Shown one piece after another: positions 42,177 through 52,756 of a DNA stretch of 64,000 nucleotides (positions are counted from its first letter, which is position 1; every line of letters starts with the position of its first letter). This DNA is from Setoptus koraiensis (lineage: Eukaryota > Animalia > Arthropoda). The translations under genes were made by a program, and so were the position numbers. Under the pieces are notes generated by a model. That model made no database searches. It saw nothing but the letters and a program-made list of their open reading frames with translations, and was not told the DNA's origin. The DNA is taken from assembly GCA_048013815.1 (NCBI GenBank), contig CM106585.1, positions 22,940,001-23,004,000 of the forward strand, in the 5' to 3' direction.

Positions 42177-42354
42177 AATCATGATAATGTCATTAATAAA
42201 ACTAACTTGTAGAGCTACCTCAGAACAATTGACGAAGAGTTGTTTGTAGACAGGTAGATTTTCTGATTGATTTCACCGTGATCAACATATAAAGTTGGTT
42301 TCTCTTGATCATTGCGAGACGAACGTGGTAATGATTATTTGCTATGATTGATCA

Positions 42355-44859
42355 TCATTCTACGGCTCCTTGCGAATGTTCCAACTGTAGACTGCTGTTG
42401 AATGAAAATGGCATAAAGATGTGACCTTCGCCTTTGTAAAATTTACTTTGAAATTCGACCCAATGAAGTCTAAGTGCATGCAAGAATGCTGAGAGTCCCT
42501 CCATGACTAGTAGCACAGCTACGGTTACTACAGCCCAAAAGGCAAACACCACATACATCGCAACACCACCAAATATACCTGGTGAGGTCAAGCCTTTACG
42601 CATAACTGACCATAGTACCTCGCTGAGTTGTGCGTGGGCAAGACTAAGAGCCCACAAACGCAGATAACTTGCAGTATGGGATATAGAACCCAGACAATAT
42701 TCTATGGTATGGATAGATTGATGAATAAATAAGTCCATCAGGCCATGCTCTTCATCATTGTGTTTGTCAGTTGATCGACTAGTTGAGTTTTGATCTATAG
42801 TAACTACTACATCACCATCCGTTCCACCATTATCCTGTCGCTGCGAATTATATGCAGCCGATGGTTCTGCAGCTTGTTTATCACGTTGCTTCTTAACTAA
42901 AAACGGTTTCAACAATAACATCCATGGGATGCACACCAATGCAGACAATAGTAAGAATGTCTGCATCGCTTGCTGACCGGGATAAATAGGTGCTAAATGA
43001 CATGGAGCATCGGGGTACTTGTAAAGGAACATATTGATCAACATAATCAATATGGAGGGTGCGCAACTTGAGTTTGAGTAATCATAGAAGAGCCATTTAG
43101 CTACTATCAGTAGCACCATATAACCGAATATTGCAGCCAACCATATAACTCGCGGAATGAATTCAGTTATTATGTCGATTTTGCTGTTGAAAAATTTATG
43201 ATTGACTAATGATAGAGCAACACCGAAGCCCATTTGTGATATGCCTAATATAACGGAAAGTTTCATCTTGAAACTATTATAGAATAAGATTTTGTTCTGC
43301 GAGATGGCCCAAATAGGGTCCATACCAAGTGGATATGGAGATCCTGAAAATGTGTACTGTGGATCAAGTGTGAGATGTTCCGGGTAAAAAGTTGTATTGG
43401 CACCTAGTTTAGGTGGTGACCATGATGTACCAAATATGTTCATAGATTTGGAAAATACATCATTGTAAATGAATCCTGTGTAAATGGAAAATATGCCCAT
43501 GAACAGTATCATGTATCTGCCATTAAAAAACGTTAGCCATATCTCGGATCCGCCAGCTTGCATTAGATTTTTCTCCTTCAGCACCATCCACAAAGCAAAC
43601 AATGACATAATAACTCCGTGACCGGCATCTCCAAACATAACAGCAAATAAAAATGGAAATGTTATTATTGTGTAGGGAGCCGGATTGACCTCTCTATATG
43701 ACGCGATACCGTAGGAATTCACAATTCCCTGAAAACTGCTAGTGACTTTGTTTGTACGATTGTAGGTTGGTGGTGTCTCGTTCGTTTCCATTCTATTCAT
43801 GATTGACGGAACGTTTGAACCCGATCGTTGAGCCGCATTCGCCAAAGCTAGCTGTATTCTTTGAACATCATCAGTGGCGCACCAACATTCGGCAATCAAA
43901 CATTTTTGTGTTACATCTAAATTGAACATGTTCATTGTGTGATAAATTGCTTTCATTTTGTGAACTTTAATGAACCAGGCCTTCATGTTTTTTGCTGCCG
44001 CAACTAAAACGCGGTGCCTATGTTCGTTTGTTTGGCTGAGTACAGTATTTAAGTCTTCGATACGAGATATGACACCACCTATCATCTCTCTTCGCTCTGG
44101 TGGAGTCTCTGGGCACGGATATAGAGAGGCCCTAAAACCTTCACAAATCTTTTTTACTCTGGCCTTCAGTTGTTCTCCTTGGAAAAATATGATGAATACC
44201 GACTTGTAAACATTGTCGCCCGTGTGAGGATCCTCGAGAGGCTGCTCAATTTCCGCTTGTCGCAAAAACACATTACCTCGACAAACTCTCCATAACATAC
44301 GCTCAAAAGCGTGTAATCGTTCTCTCAAGATGACGCCTGCAACAAATCCGAGCCTCGTTTGTGTCTGACCTCCAGCTCTGAGTCCTTCCTCACATAGTAG
44401 CTGTATGCTATCATCAGCCAACGCGCTATCTTGCATCTCATCAAAAAATTGTTGGGTCTTCTTTAGAATGTGACGCAACTCACTTAACTCAAGGTATGAT
44501 TTCTTCAGAACCTCAGCATTTGAATTGACTTCTCTGAGTTCACTTTCTAATTTTTCAAAGTTAGCCTCCAAATCTATCATCTCTCTTTGATGAGGTGCTT
44601 CTGGATTATCTCCTGTTTCAAGCATTGGTATACCATCCTTTTTTATTTCTTTTTCAAGGTAACGCAATTTTCTTTGAATTTCATCGCAACGTCTAACCTC
44701 ATTGACAAATTTACGCTGAAATGCATTGGTATCTGGGTTTAAATCACGGAATTGTACTAGACCCAACTCTCCTAATTCCGACACCGTGTTGTAAGCTGAT
44801 TCCGATTGGAGGAACAACTGCGACAGTTGCATCTCCTCACTCCTGAAGAGAGCCCCCAT
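42355..44859 (-). CDS. ATP6V0A1: V-type proton ATPase 116-kDa subunit a (copy 1), single exon
   Basis: MGALFRSEEMQL, ASYLRLWALSLAHAQLS and LRLHWVEFQSKFY motifs. Confidence 0.96.
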   Translation of the reverse strand: MGALFRSEEMQLSQLFLQSESAYNTVSELGELGLVQFRDLNPDTNAFQRKFVNEVRRCDEIQRKLRYLEKEIKKDGIPMLETGDNPEAPHQREMIDLEANFEKLESELREVNSNAEVLKKSYLELSELRHILKKTQQFFDEMQDSALADDSIQLLCEEGLRAGGQTQTRLGFVAGVILRERLHAFERMLWRVCRGNVFLRQAEIEQPLEDPHTGDNVYKSVFIIFFQGEQLKARVKKICEGFRASLYPCPETPPERREMIGGVISRIEDLNTVLSQTNEHRHRVLVAAAKNMKAWFIKVHKMKAIYHTMNMFNLDVTQKCLIAECWCATDDVQRIQLALANAAQRSGSNVPSIMNRMETNETPPTYNRTNKVTSSFQGIVNSYGIASYREVNPAPYTIITFPFLFAVMFGDAGHGVIMSLFALWMVLKEKNLMQAGGSEIWLTFFNGRYMILFMGIFSIYTGFIYNDVFSKSMNIFGTSWSPPKLGANTTFYPEHLTLDPQYTFSGSPYPLGMDPIWAISQNKILFYNSFKMKLSVILGISQMGFGVALSLVNHKFFNSKIDIITEFIPRVIWLAAIFGYMVLLIVAKWLFYDYSNSSCAPSILIMLINMFLYKYPDAPCHLAPIYPGQQAMQTFLLLSALVCIPWMLLLKPFLVKKQRDKQAAEPSAAYNSQRQDNGGTDGDVVVTIDQNSTSRSTDKHNDEEHGLMDLFIHQSIHTIEYCLGSISHTASYLRLWALSLAHAQLSEVLWSVMRKGLTSPGIFGGVAMYVVFAFWAVVTVAVLLVMEGLSAFLHALRLHWVEFQSKFYKGEGHIFMPFSFNSSLQLEHSQGAVE

Positions 44860-46022
44860 GTTTTTGAATTGAGAAGGCTATGCTAGTTTTCTCACAAGAT
44901 GAATCTCATTTACGGGCACGAGTCTTTCCTATAATCTGTAGCCTGAATTTTCTACCCTGTTCAAGCTGAGGAAGGAAATGTATACCAAAACCTCAACTAA
45001 AGTTCAATTTTTCGAATAATTATACTATTTTCTCGAACTCAATCTTGTTGCTTTTGTTTGATTACTGGGTATATATTTAAGAGATTAAAGTTGAAAATTA
45101 GTGGATATTTTGTCAATCTTTCATGTTTGAAATATTGACGTAATAATCAATCTGACCAGGTAGACCAGTCATATATTAGCACAATAATCTCAAATCAGAG
45201 GGATTATTACGTATGTACATAGTAAATTCATGATTTGTTGAAACAAGCCCCCCGCAGATGATAGATCTCGCTGTATTTAGTACGCTAGAAATCGCCAATC
45301 AACTAACTAACCACTAACTAACAATCAACCAAACAATCAAAATTAGCACTGGCAATCCTGATATTTTCGAAACATTTTTTCTTTATTAATGCATTATCCG
45401 TAGATGCTCAGGAGACAATTGTGAATTTAAATAGAGGGTACAACTTCAGAAGATACTAGGAGAGGTTTCGATTTTTTTTCTGCCGGAGTTGGGAACAGGG
45501 CCTTGTCTTGTTCCTGGTACACTGGAGAGTTCAAAAAGACTCACCAGCGGGAAAACGAAGTTTCTGAGACCCTGACTAATGTGCTTCCAATTAACCTCTC
45601 CGTTTCACGGTGAAACTTTCACCTCATTTCTGTCCTATCACCATGATCTCTATTCTTGATCTGCCTAATGTTCGAATCGCCTTAGTTCAGAATGGTAACA
45701 TTGTTCGTTTTCCTTATCTAGCCCGATCGTTTCCGCACAATGGCCGCTTCTGATGCAGTTAAAATTTGTTTGTTTGAAAATAGCGCTCTAGTCGCGAAAA
45801 TAGGTACTACTGATCATATGGTTGTTCATTATTCATTTTCATTCCAAATCCATTCTTTAAATGCCTCATTCGCATCTAACAAATTGTAAACAAGTCAATC
45901 TTGGGCTCTGCATCACAGACCCGGAGCATTATCGATCTCTAATATCAGTTCGAACTGACTATTCTCTTTTCATTATTGACTAATAATTTTCTAGTTAGAC
46001 CGAGAAGCATTGTAGTTCAATC

Positions 46023-47303
46023 ATGTATATACACGACGATATTAGGGATAACAGACTTTTAGCTCCCGAGCTCAAGTCAATGGAATACCCAACATTGAAG
46101 GTACCTTATGAAATCTTAAACAAAAAATATAGAACATCTCAGAAGATCATTGATCGTGAAGTTAGTTATCTCAGCCAATCGTTACAAGAATCAGAGATCC
46201 TTGTTCAATCACTTAGTAATGCAAACGGGTACCAAAGACAATCAGATGAGAAAAATTCCAGTTCCAGTATTTCTCAGGAACCAGAACCGGCTAGGGAAGT
46301 CATAACAAAACTGTTCGACGGGGTAGTTGACAAACTAGGAGTGCTAAAGCGAAAGGCTGACGATTCATTATTAGACGAGCAAGGAGCTGCACAGGTATGT
46401 AAACGTAGATTAGAGCATCTAAAGGATGGTTGTTACAATGCTTCAAACGAAATTTCATTTAATGCTTGGAAAAAGAAACGTCTGGATCGGATGCTGGTTG
46501 ATTATCTGCTTCGTAATGGATACTATGAGTCGGCCATGAAGTTAGCTCGTCACTCAAATATCGGTGATATCACCAATATAGAGTTGTTCATAGCGTCTAG
46601 GCAGGTCGAAGATAGTCTGATGGCGAGGGAGACGGACAAATGCTTAGCTTGGTGTCACGAGAATAGATCTAAGCTTAGAAAAATCAAGTCAACTTTAGAA
46701 ATTCAGCTTCGACAACAAGAATTCATTGAGCTTATTCGTCAACGTGATTCGATTGGTGCCATCAAACATGCACGAAAGTATTTCCCATCCGCAGATGAGT
46801 CACAACAACAAGAATTGCAACATGTAATGGGAATGTTAGCTTTTCCAAATGATAGAACTAAGGAGCCATACAGATCATTACTGGCCGACTCCAGATTAGA
46901 GCAGCTCAAGGAGCAATTTCGTCGCGAGAACTACACATTATTTGGCTTGAACTCAGTATCTGTATTTTCGGTAATACTTCAAGCTGGACTTTCGGTTTTG
47001 AAAACACCCCATTGTTATAAAAAATCTGGCGGTAGGAATCCCGAGTGTCCGATTTGTGGCAAGATGCTTAACGACTTGGCGAAAGAGCTACCTTACCCTC
47101 ATTGTTCTAGTTCTAAATTGATATGCGCTATAACCGGAGAGCCTTTAAATGAATATAATGCCCCTTTGATGCTACCTAATGGATGTGTCTATGGCGAAAT
47201 AGGACTAAAGTCGATGGCCGAAAAGAATCAGGGTACTGTAATCTGCAAGAGAACTCAGGATAGATTCAAGTTGAGCGAAGCAGAAAAAGTTTACGTAATG
47301 TAA
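46023..47303 (+). CDS. MAEA: Macrophage erythroblast attacher (CTLH/GID E3 ligase subunit)
   Basis: EYPTLKVPYE, LisH (LDRMLVDYLLR), CTLH/CRA, and degenerate RING CPIC..LPYPHCSSSKLIC..P..LPNG. Confidence 0.95.
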   Translation: MYIHDDIRDNRLLAPELKSMEYPTLKVPYEILNKKYRTSQKIIDREVSYLSQSLQESEILVQSLSNANGYQRQSDEKNSSSSISQEPEPAREVITKLFDGVVDKLGVLKRKADDSLLDEQGAAQVCKRRLEHLKDGCYNASNEISFNAWKKKRLDRMLVDYLLRNGYYESAMKLARHSNIGDITNIELFIASRQVEDSLMARETDKCLAWCHENRSKLRKIKSTLEIQLRQQEFIELIRQRDSIGAIKHARKYFPSADESQQQELQHVMGMLAFPNDRTKEPYRSLLADSRLEQLKEQFRRENYTLFGLNSVSVFSVILQAGLSVLKTPHCYKKSGGRNPECPICGKMLNDLAKELPYPHCSSSKLICAITGEPLNEYNAPLMLPNGCVYGEIGLKSMAEKNQGTVICKRTQDRFKLSEAEKVYVM

Positions 47304-47364
47304 ATTTTATTATATCACACTCTGGACTTTAAACTAACAATAAAACGTAGACAAAATGAGAGTA

Positions 47365-48605
47365 TTATCGAGCCTCTTTTTCGGAAGGTTTTCTTCTCGC
47401 AGGACTATCTTTGTAGGTCTTTTGAATAGGACCAATAGCCGCTTTCTCGAAAGCTATTCTATCCAATCTACGAAGATCCTCTGGACCCTGTTGATTCCTC
47501 CTACTCTTGTTGAAGTCTTTCAGCATCTGTGAAAAAGATTTGTCAAGACCTAATGCAGATCGATCATGTTCTATCAAATCAGGTATATTAAATCTCTTCC
47601 TGATACGTTTATTCCTCAATACAGTTGCTTGCACCAAAGAATAAAAGTTGCTCGTAACCCAATAGCATAACATAGCCGCCGGAAAGTCATAGATTATATA
47701 GAAAATACCGACTGGCAAGGCTCTCATCCCCCAACGGATGGGTTTGGTAAAGCTGGCACTCGAACCACCTAGAACGATATAGAAATGCACGAAGATTAGG
47801 AATGGGCACCTAAGAAACTTGAAAAAATGTTTGTTGAGTTATTTGATATGAGCTCACCTCCTTCGGCACCTAGTTCAAGAGATAATAATAGAGTAGAACA
47901 CGTCAATATGGGCAACATGAAAGTTGGGTCCATCACCGATAAATCTTTGAACCATAATAAACCGCCCTCTTTTAGAGATTCCTGGTTTTCAGACAGCGTT
48001 TTGAGAATGGCATACATAGACATAAATATGGGGGCTTGACAAAGAGCGGGCCACATTCTTTGAAATTCAGATACTCCGTGTTCTTTATTTAAAGCTTTCA
48101 ACTTCATCCTGTAGTGTTCAGCCTCCATTGTATCTGAATTATGTAACGCGTCCATCATTTTGTTATTTAATTGAGTAGTTTTAGGCATCAGGTTCATGTA
48201 CACAGTTGTCGTTCGAAGACTATTAATTACAAGAGGTGTCATCAATGCCCGCAAAGTTAATGTTGTGATCGATATGCTAGCCCACCAAGGAAATATCTCA
48301 TGTAGGTAGTTAAGATAATACATAACGGGCCATGTCACGAAGAATATAATCTTGCCTTGCAGAGGCATGAGCTTCCATGGTATGATGCCTCCAATTACTT
48401 CTGGCTTTATTAGCTTGATCCCTGGGTCTATATTCTGAAGCTCTTGGAGATCCTTAGTTTTAGGCAGATCGGAATAATAAGAACATTGACATATCCTCGA
48501 GGCATTCGCATTGATTTTTCCGTATGTCATCGGTTTTAGTGCTACTGATTCTCGCCGAAGTGATCTCGTTGCAAGATAAGAGGTTATTCTGATTAAGGAA
48601 CTCAT
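47365..48605 (-). CDS. OXA1L: Mitochondrial inner-membrane insertase OXA1; two exons (48605-47858 and 47768-47365), 89-bp intron, about 383 aa
   Basis: PWWASISITTLTLR, QAPIFMS and WFKDLSVMDP motifs. A GTGAG..TTCTAG phase-1 intron (47857-47769) joins the two ORF-track pieces in frame. Confidence 0.93.
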
Positions 48606-48982
48606 TTTGAGGTTTCGTTCGATATTGAATTGTGTATCAGATAATGATCATAGATGATTGCAGAAGGATAAAAATAATAACATAGCAGGTTAATCTGCCG
48701 GACTATATTGCTTTATTGACCAGCCAGTCGAGATACTTCTACTGAGCTAACCACACGTTTTAAACATGTGTCATTCATTACATGACTGCACACAATCCCC
48801 ACAGAAGCTTTCAAGATTCAATTTTGCCGCTGAAAAAACAAGTGGAAGCACAAAAACGTGAGGATCTTTTTCGCATATGGCCACAGTTGCATTTGTATCC
48901 TGCAGCTGCACCACTGAGGTCCGCCTTACTTCGGTTGTATTGTATTCTGATCGACTGATATCGGCAAATTAATCTATTCAAA

Positions 48983-49564
48983 ATGGCCAAGAACAAGAAT
49001 TCGTCACAAACAGACCAGCCTGTAGTTAACACGAGCCAACAAAACAAGCAGGCCGTTCAAGAAGAGGAAATTATTGTTATTGACAAATGGGACTCAGGAC
49101 AAGTCAAAATGGTTTTGGATGAAACTGCTAAACGTCATATTTTAACCAAGTTTAACTACGAGGAATCGAACTTCTTGGTAGATATCAGACTCTTTTTGTG
49201 CTTGCTACCTGTGAGCTCGGCATTTTTCGCCTTGTTCTACGACTTTATGCATCCATTTCCAGAATCTGAACAAGTGCTACGAGGATGTGTTTACGCCTAT
49301 ATTGTCCTCATGGTCATTCTGACAGTATATTCAACATATGTGGAAAGCAATACTATTTTAATAGCCTACAAAGGAAAGAAAAAGATCAAAGTTTCATCCA
49401 TAATGAAAAGATTTAATGATAAGTATACATTGATTGTAGGTGATAAAAAATGGACGAAGTCAGTCGCGAACTATTTTGACGTCAACGGAGAGTTCTTGAT
49501 GCAAAAGTTTGAAAATGACGTGGCGAAGTTGCACAATCCATCCTCGAAGAAACACTCAGAGTAG
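48983..49564 (+). CDS. SPCS2: Signal peptidase complex subunit 2 (SPC25)
   Basis: IDKWDSGQVKMVLDE, two TM segments around DFMHPFPES, and KSVANYFDVNG. Confidence 0.93.
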   Translation: MAKNKNSSQTDQPVVNTSQQNKQAVQEEEIIVIDKWDSGQVKMVLDETAKRHILTKFNYEESNFLVDIRLFLCLLPVSSAFFALFYDFMHPFPESEQVLRGCVYAYIVLMVILTVYSTYVESNTILIAYKGKKKIKVSSIMKRFNDKYTLIVGDKKWTKSVANYFDVNGEFLMQKFENDVAKLHNPSSKKHSE

Positions 49565-49567
49565 ATC

Positions 49568-52500
49568 TTAATTATTGAGTCCTTTCTTCATGAATGTATT
49601 CCACTCGAGCTGACAATGTGCTCCACTATATACGATGTGTACGTGCATCTTGTCACTGTAAGGTAGATTCGGTAGAAGCTTAGGTGAAATAAGAAAATAT
49701 TGCGAGGCACTCGCATCTGCTGTCTTGACCAATAGTTCAAAAACTTTCCTTTCATTATCTTGATCCATACCTTGATTAATTTCATCAACACATCTAAAAG
49801 GCACGGACGTGATAGTTTGTAACGCCAACATATAAATCATGGTTGCAACACTTCTTTCACCTCCACTCTGTCGGGTTGCGGACAATGGTGTTAGTTTTTC
49901 TTCTTCGCGATACTTTACCATGATCTTTATACCGTAACCCGCAAAGTTGTCGGGATCATCTACCGGTACATCCAATTCGACTTGACCATCATAGTGGAGC
50001 TTCCTCATGAAAGATGTATACTCGTTGTTGATTACTTTCACAACCTTGTCTAGATTTGGCAACCATTGAGCTTTAATTGAACTTCTGACTTCCTTTATAT
50101 TTTCCAGTTCTGACTGCATCTTTTCTTCTTTTTCTTTCTTTTCCTGAATCTCCTTTTTTTGACGATTATATTCACTCATTAGGGTCTTGTCATTTGACAT
50201 GAATATTGACTCTATCTTAGCTTGGAGGTGCGTCAACTCGTCCTCCATCAGTTCGATAGTCTCGGGTAGGGTTGCGAACATCTCCGCCGTCTTTGGAAGC
50301 AACTTTCCTTCAGAAAATTCCTGCGCTAGAACTTGAGTGGTTTTTCTCTCCTCTGATTTCAATTCACTTTCAACATTGTGAACTTGGGCGGATATTGTGC
50401 TCAGCTCAGATTGAATCTTTGTTGTATCCTGTTTCGACATGTCATATTTCTTCTGAGCACCTCTTTGATTCTTCTCGGCCATGCGACACAAGAGCTTATT
50501 TTTGAGTAAACGACGTCTACAATCTAGATATACATCGACGTTTTCATCTAAGGTAGAGAGATAGCTGATGTATTTCGCATTGGAGTCTTCCACCGATTTC
50601 ACAAAGATCTTCCGCTCATTGACTAGATTTATTTCTTGCCTCTCAAGTTTGCTGAGCTGTTCCTGTTTGATTTGTATTTTCGCTTGCAAACTCTTTCTCT
50701 CGTCATGTTTTTGCTTGAGTTCAGTTCTTTTTTCCACCAATTTCTGCCATTCCTCACGCGTATCGTTTTGAGCTTTATGTTTTTCATCGTAGATATTTTT
50801 TGATTCAGTTAATTTTATACTAGCTTGGTGGATTCTTTCTTTGCATGTTTGTAGGAGCTTTCTGTCCATGCTGAATCTAAGAAATTGAGCTTCTCTAATT
50901 CGATCCTTGGAAGTTATTTTTTGCCTATCATAACGAGAGTGGGACAAAGCGTAAATGTCTGGTCCAACATAAAAGCGAGGACATAACTCGCTTAATTCCT
51001 GCAATTGGGCACTAGTAATGCTTTCTGAAACTGGAATGCTGTGGAAATTGTGTATAGCGCATAAATAGCTAAGTATTGGTTCTGGTGCCTCTACTAGCTC
51101 CAGTAAAGTGTATTTTACACCGCATTGCTTGAATTTTTGGACAAGAGATTCATTAATATACTCGTCTGGACATTTGGGTGGTGCTAGAATAACGTTGACA
51201 TTGACTCCCAGTTCCTCACGAACTCCTCTTGTAAAAAGGGTTAAATCGTTGGGATCCTCACAAACGAATGCACAGAGATCATGTTGTGGAATTGAATTCT
51301 CAACCTGCCGCGTAAACTGAGGATCCTTCACATCAATCTCACACAGCATTGGCATATAAATTTTTCTCTTGAATCTACTTTTATTTTTTTGCAACCATTC
51401 AGCTGCTCTGGCCACCTTTGGGAATCGTGAGCGAAGAAGTTCTGTTTTTTTATCGGCAACAGACTCTATCCGCCTGAGCTCCTCCTTCCGTTGTTCCATT
51501 TCGTTTTGGCAGTATCTTGCGGTATCATTGGCTTTTTGAGCTTGTTGAGCTAGTTTTCTCAAATCATCCTTTTTACTTTCAATATCCTTCTCTATTGAAT
51601 AAAGCTCTCTGGAACAATCTTGATCTACGAGAGTATTAAGATTCTTTTCCAGAGTAGCCAACTCCTTCTTAGACTCTTCAATGTTGTTTTTCCTTTCTTG
51701 CTCACTCTTTTCCTTCTTCTTGAATGCTGTGTAGGTTCCAGACATGGCCGACAAAACCTCTCGTATTTGATTATTACATTTATCGATATAATGAGCCTTC
51801 TCTACGGTCTCAGACTGACTCTTTTTGATGAGGTTCGTAAATTTTTCAACATTTGCTTTTGCTTCATCAACTTTTGTCTTATAAGGCAATGCTTGATCTC
51901 TGAGCTTTTTTAGGTCTACTTTGAGTGCTTTTTCTTTGTCCCTATATCCATCATATACAGATTTAATTTTGAGATATTTAGTATATTGAATTTTTTGTCT
52001 GATTGTATTTTGCTTGTCACGCAAATTTTCCCTTTCTCTGAGTCTCTTTACTTCAGCTCTACTTCGCTCATAGTTTATCTCAACTGCTCTGAGGCTCGCT
52101 CTCACTTGAGCTAGCTCCACTCCAACGGATTTAATCGTATTAGTGGTATCGACTAGCTTTTGGTGATCTTCCACCAATTGTCTATCACCAGAAGCTAATA
52201 ATGTGTTGAGCAACAGTTCGCTTGTATTCATCTTGACGAAATGGGTCACACTATCTTGAGGGAGAAATTGGCATAAATTGTCAACTTTGATGTTGAGCTT
52301 GTCAATAAATTGTTTTATCTCTGACTTTTTTGAAATTTTACCATTTAGTTTCCACTCATTCTTGTGCTCCATAGTGTGCTCTGTTTTCTTCGTGATCGTT
52401 ATCTTTCTCTCAACTATAAAGTTACTGCCTTTTGAATTGAACAACTCAATTTCCGTCTTGCATATGCGCTGGCCATTTCTGACTAAATCAGTGACAGAGT

Positions 52501-52756
52501 TGGCTCTACCAGTGAGTGATACCTCGCCGGCTAGTCCAACAATGATGGAGCAGACCACTGCGCTCTTACCAGTTCCATTTGGACCAAGCACCATATTTAG
52601 ATGAGGACCGAGGAAAATTTCCAATTGCTTGTATGTCATGAAATTCTCCAACTTTATCCTAACTATGGATCCTTCATTGAATTTATTCTCGGAGCCCTGA
52701 TGCACCTCGTCGATGCCATTATTGTCGGATAATCTAGCCCGTTTGCTCGGGCGCAT
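49568..52756 (-). CDS. SMC5: Structural maintenance of chromosomes protein 5, single exon
   Basis: Walker A GPNGTGKS, coiled coils, QSGGERSV signature, and FRCVDEINQGMD Walker B/D-loop. Confidence 0.96.
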   Translation of the reverse strand: MRPSKRARLSDNNGIDEVHQGSENKFNEGSIVRIKLENFMTYKQLEIFLGPHLNMVLGPNGTGKSAVVCSIIVGLAGEVSLTGRANSVTDLVRNGQRICKTEIELFNSKGSNFIVERKITITKKTEHTMEHKNEWKLNGKISKKSEIKQFIDKLNIKVDNLCQFLPQDSVTHFVKMNTSELLLNTLLASGDRQLVEDHQKLVDTTNTIKSVGVELAQVRASLRAVEINYERSRAEVKRLRERENLRDKQNTIRQKIQYTKYLKIKSVYDGYRDKEKALKVDLKKLRDQALPYKTKVDEAKANVEKFTNLIKKSQSETVEKAHYIDKCNNQIREVLSAMSGTYTAFKKKEKSEQERKNNIEESKKELATLEKNLNTLVDQDCSRELYSIEKDIESKKDDLRKLAQQAQKANDTARYCQNEMEQRKEELRRIESVADKKTELLRSRFPKVARAAEWLQKNKSRFKRKIYMPMLCEIDVKDPQFTRQVENSIPQHDLCAFVCEDPNDLTLFTRGVREELGVNVNVILAPPKCPDEYINESLVQKFKQCGVKYTLLELVEAPEPILSYLCAIHNFHSIPVSESITSAQLQELSELCPRFYVGPDIYALSHSRYDRQKITSKDRIREAQFLRFSMDRKLLQTCKERIHQASIKLTESKNIYDEKHKAQNDTREEWQKLVEKRTELKQKHDERKSLQAKIQIKQEQLSKLERQEINLVNERKIFVKSVEDSNAKYISYLSTLDENVDVYLDCRRRLLKNKLLCRMAEKNQRGAQKKYDMSKQDTTKIQSELSTISAQVHNVESELKSEERKTTQVLAQEFSEGKLLPKTAEMFATLPETIELMEDELTHLQAKIESIFMSNDKTLMSEYNRQKKEIQEKKEKEEKMQSELENIKEVRSSIKAQWLPNLDKVVKVINNEYTSFMRKLHYDGQVELDVPVDDPDNFAGYGIKIMVKYREEEKLTPLSATRQSGGERSVATMIYMLALQTITSVPFRCVDEINQGMDQDNERKVFELLVKTADASASQYFLISPKLLPNLPYSDKMHVHIVYSGAHCQLEWNTFMKKGLNN

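Noticed and set aside
45478-45695. RNase P RNA-like words (TGCCGGAGTTGGGAACAG, GAGTTCAA, GAAGTTTCTGAG / TTCAGAA)
   Set aside because: The conserved regions are in the wrong order and no CR-II lies between the putative P4 strands. Probably chance; an Rfam scan would settle it.
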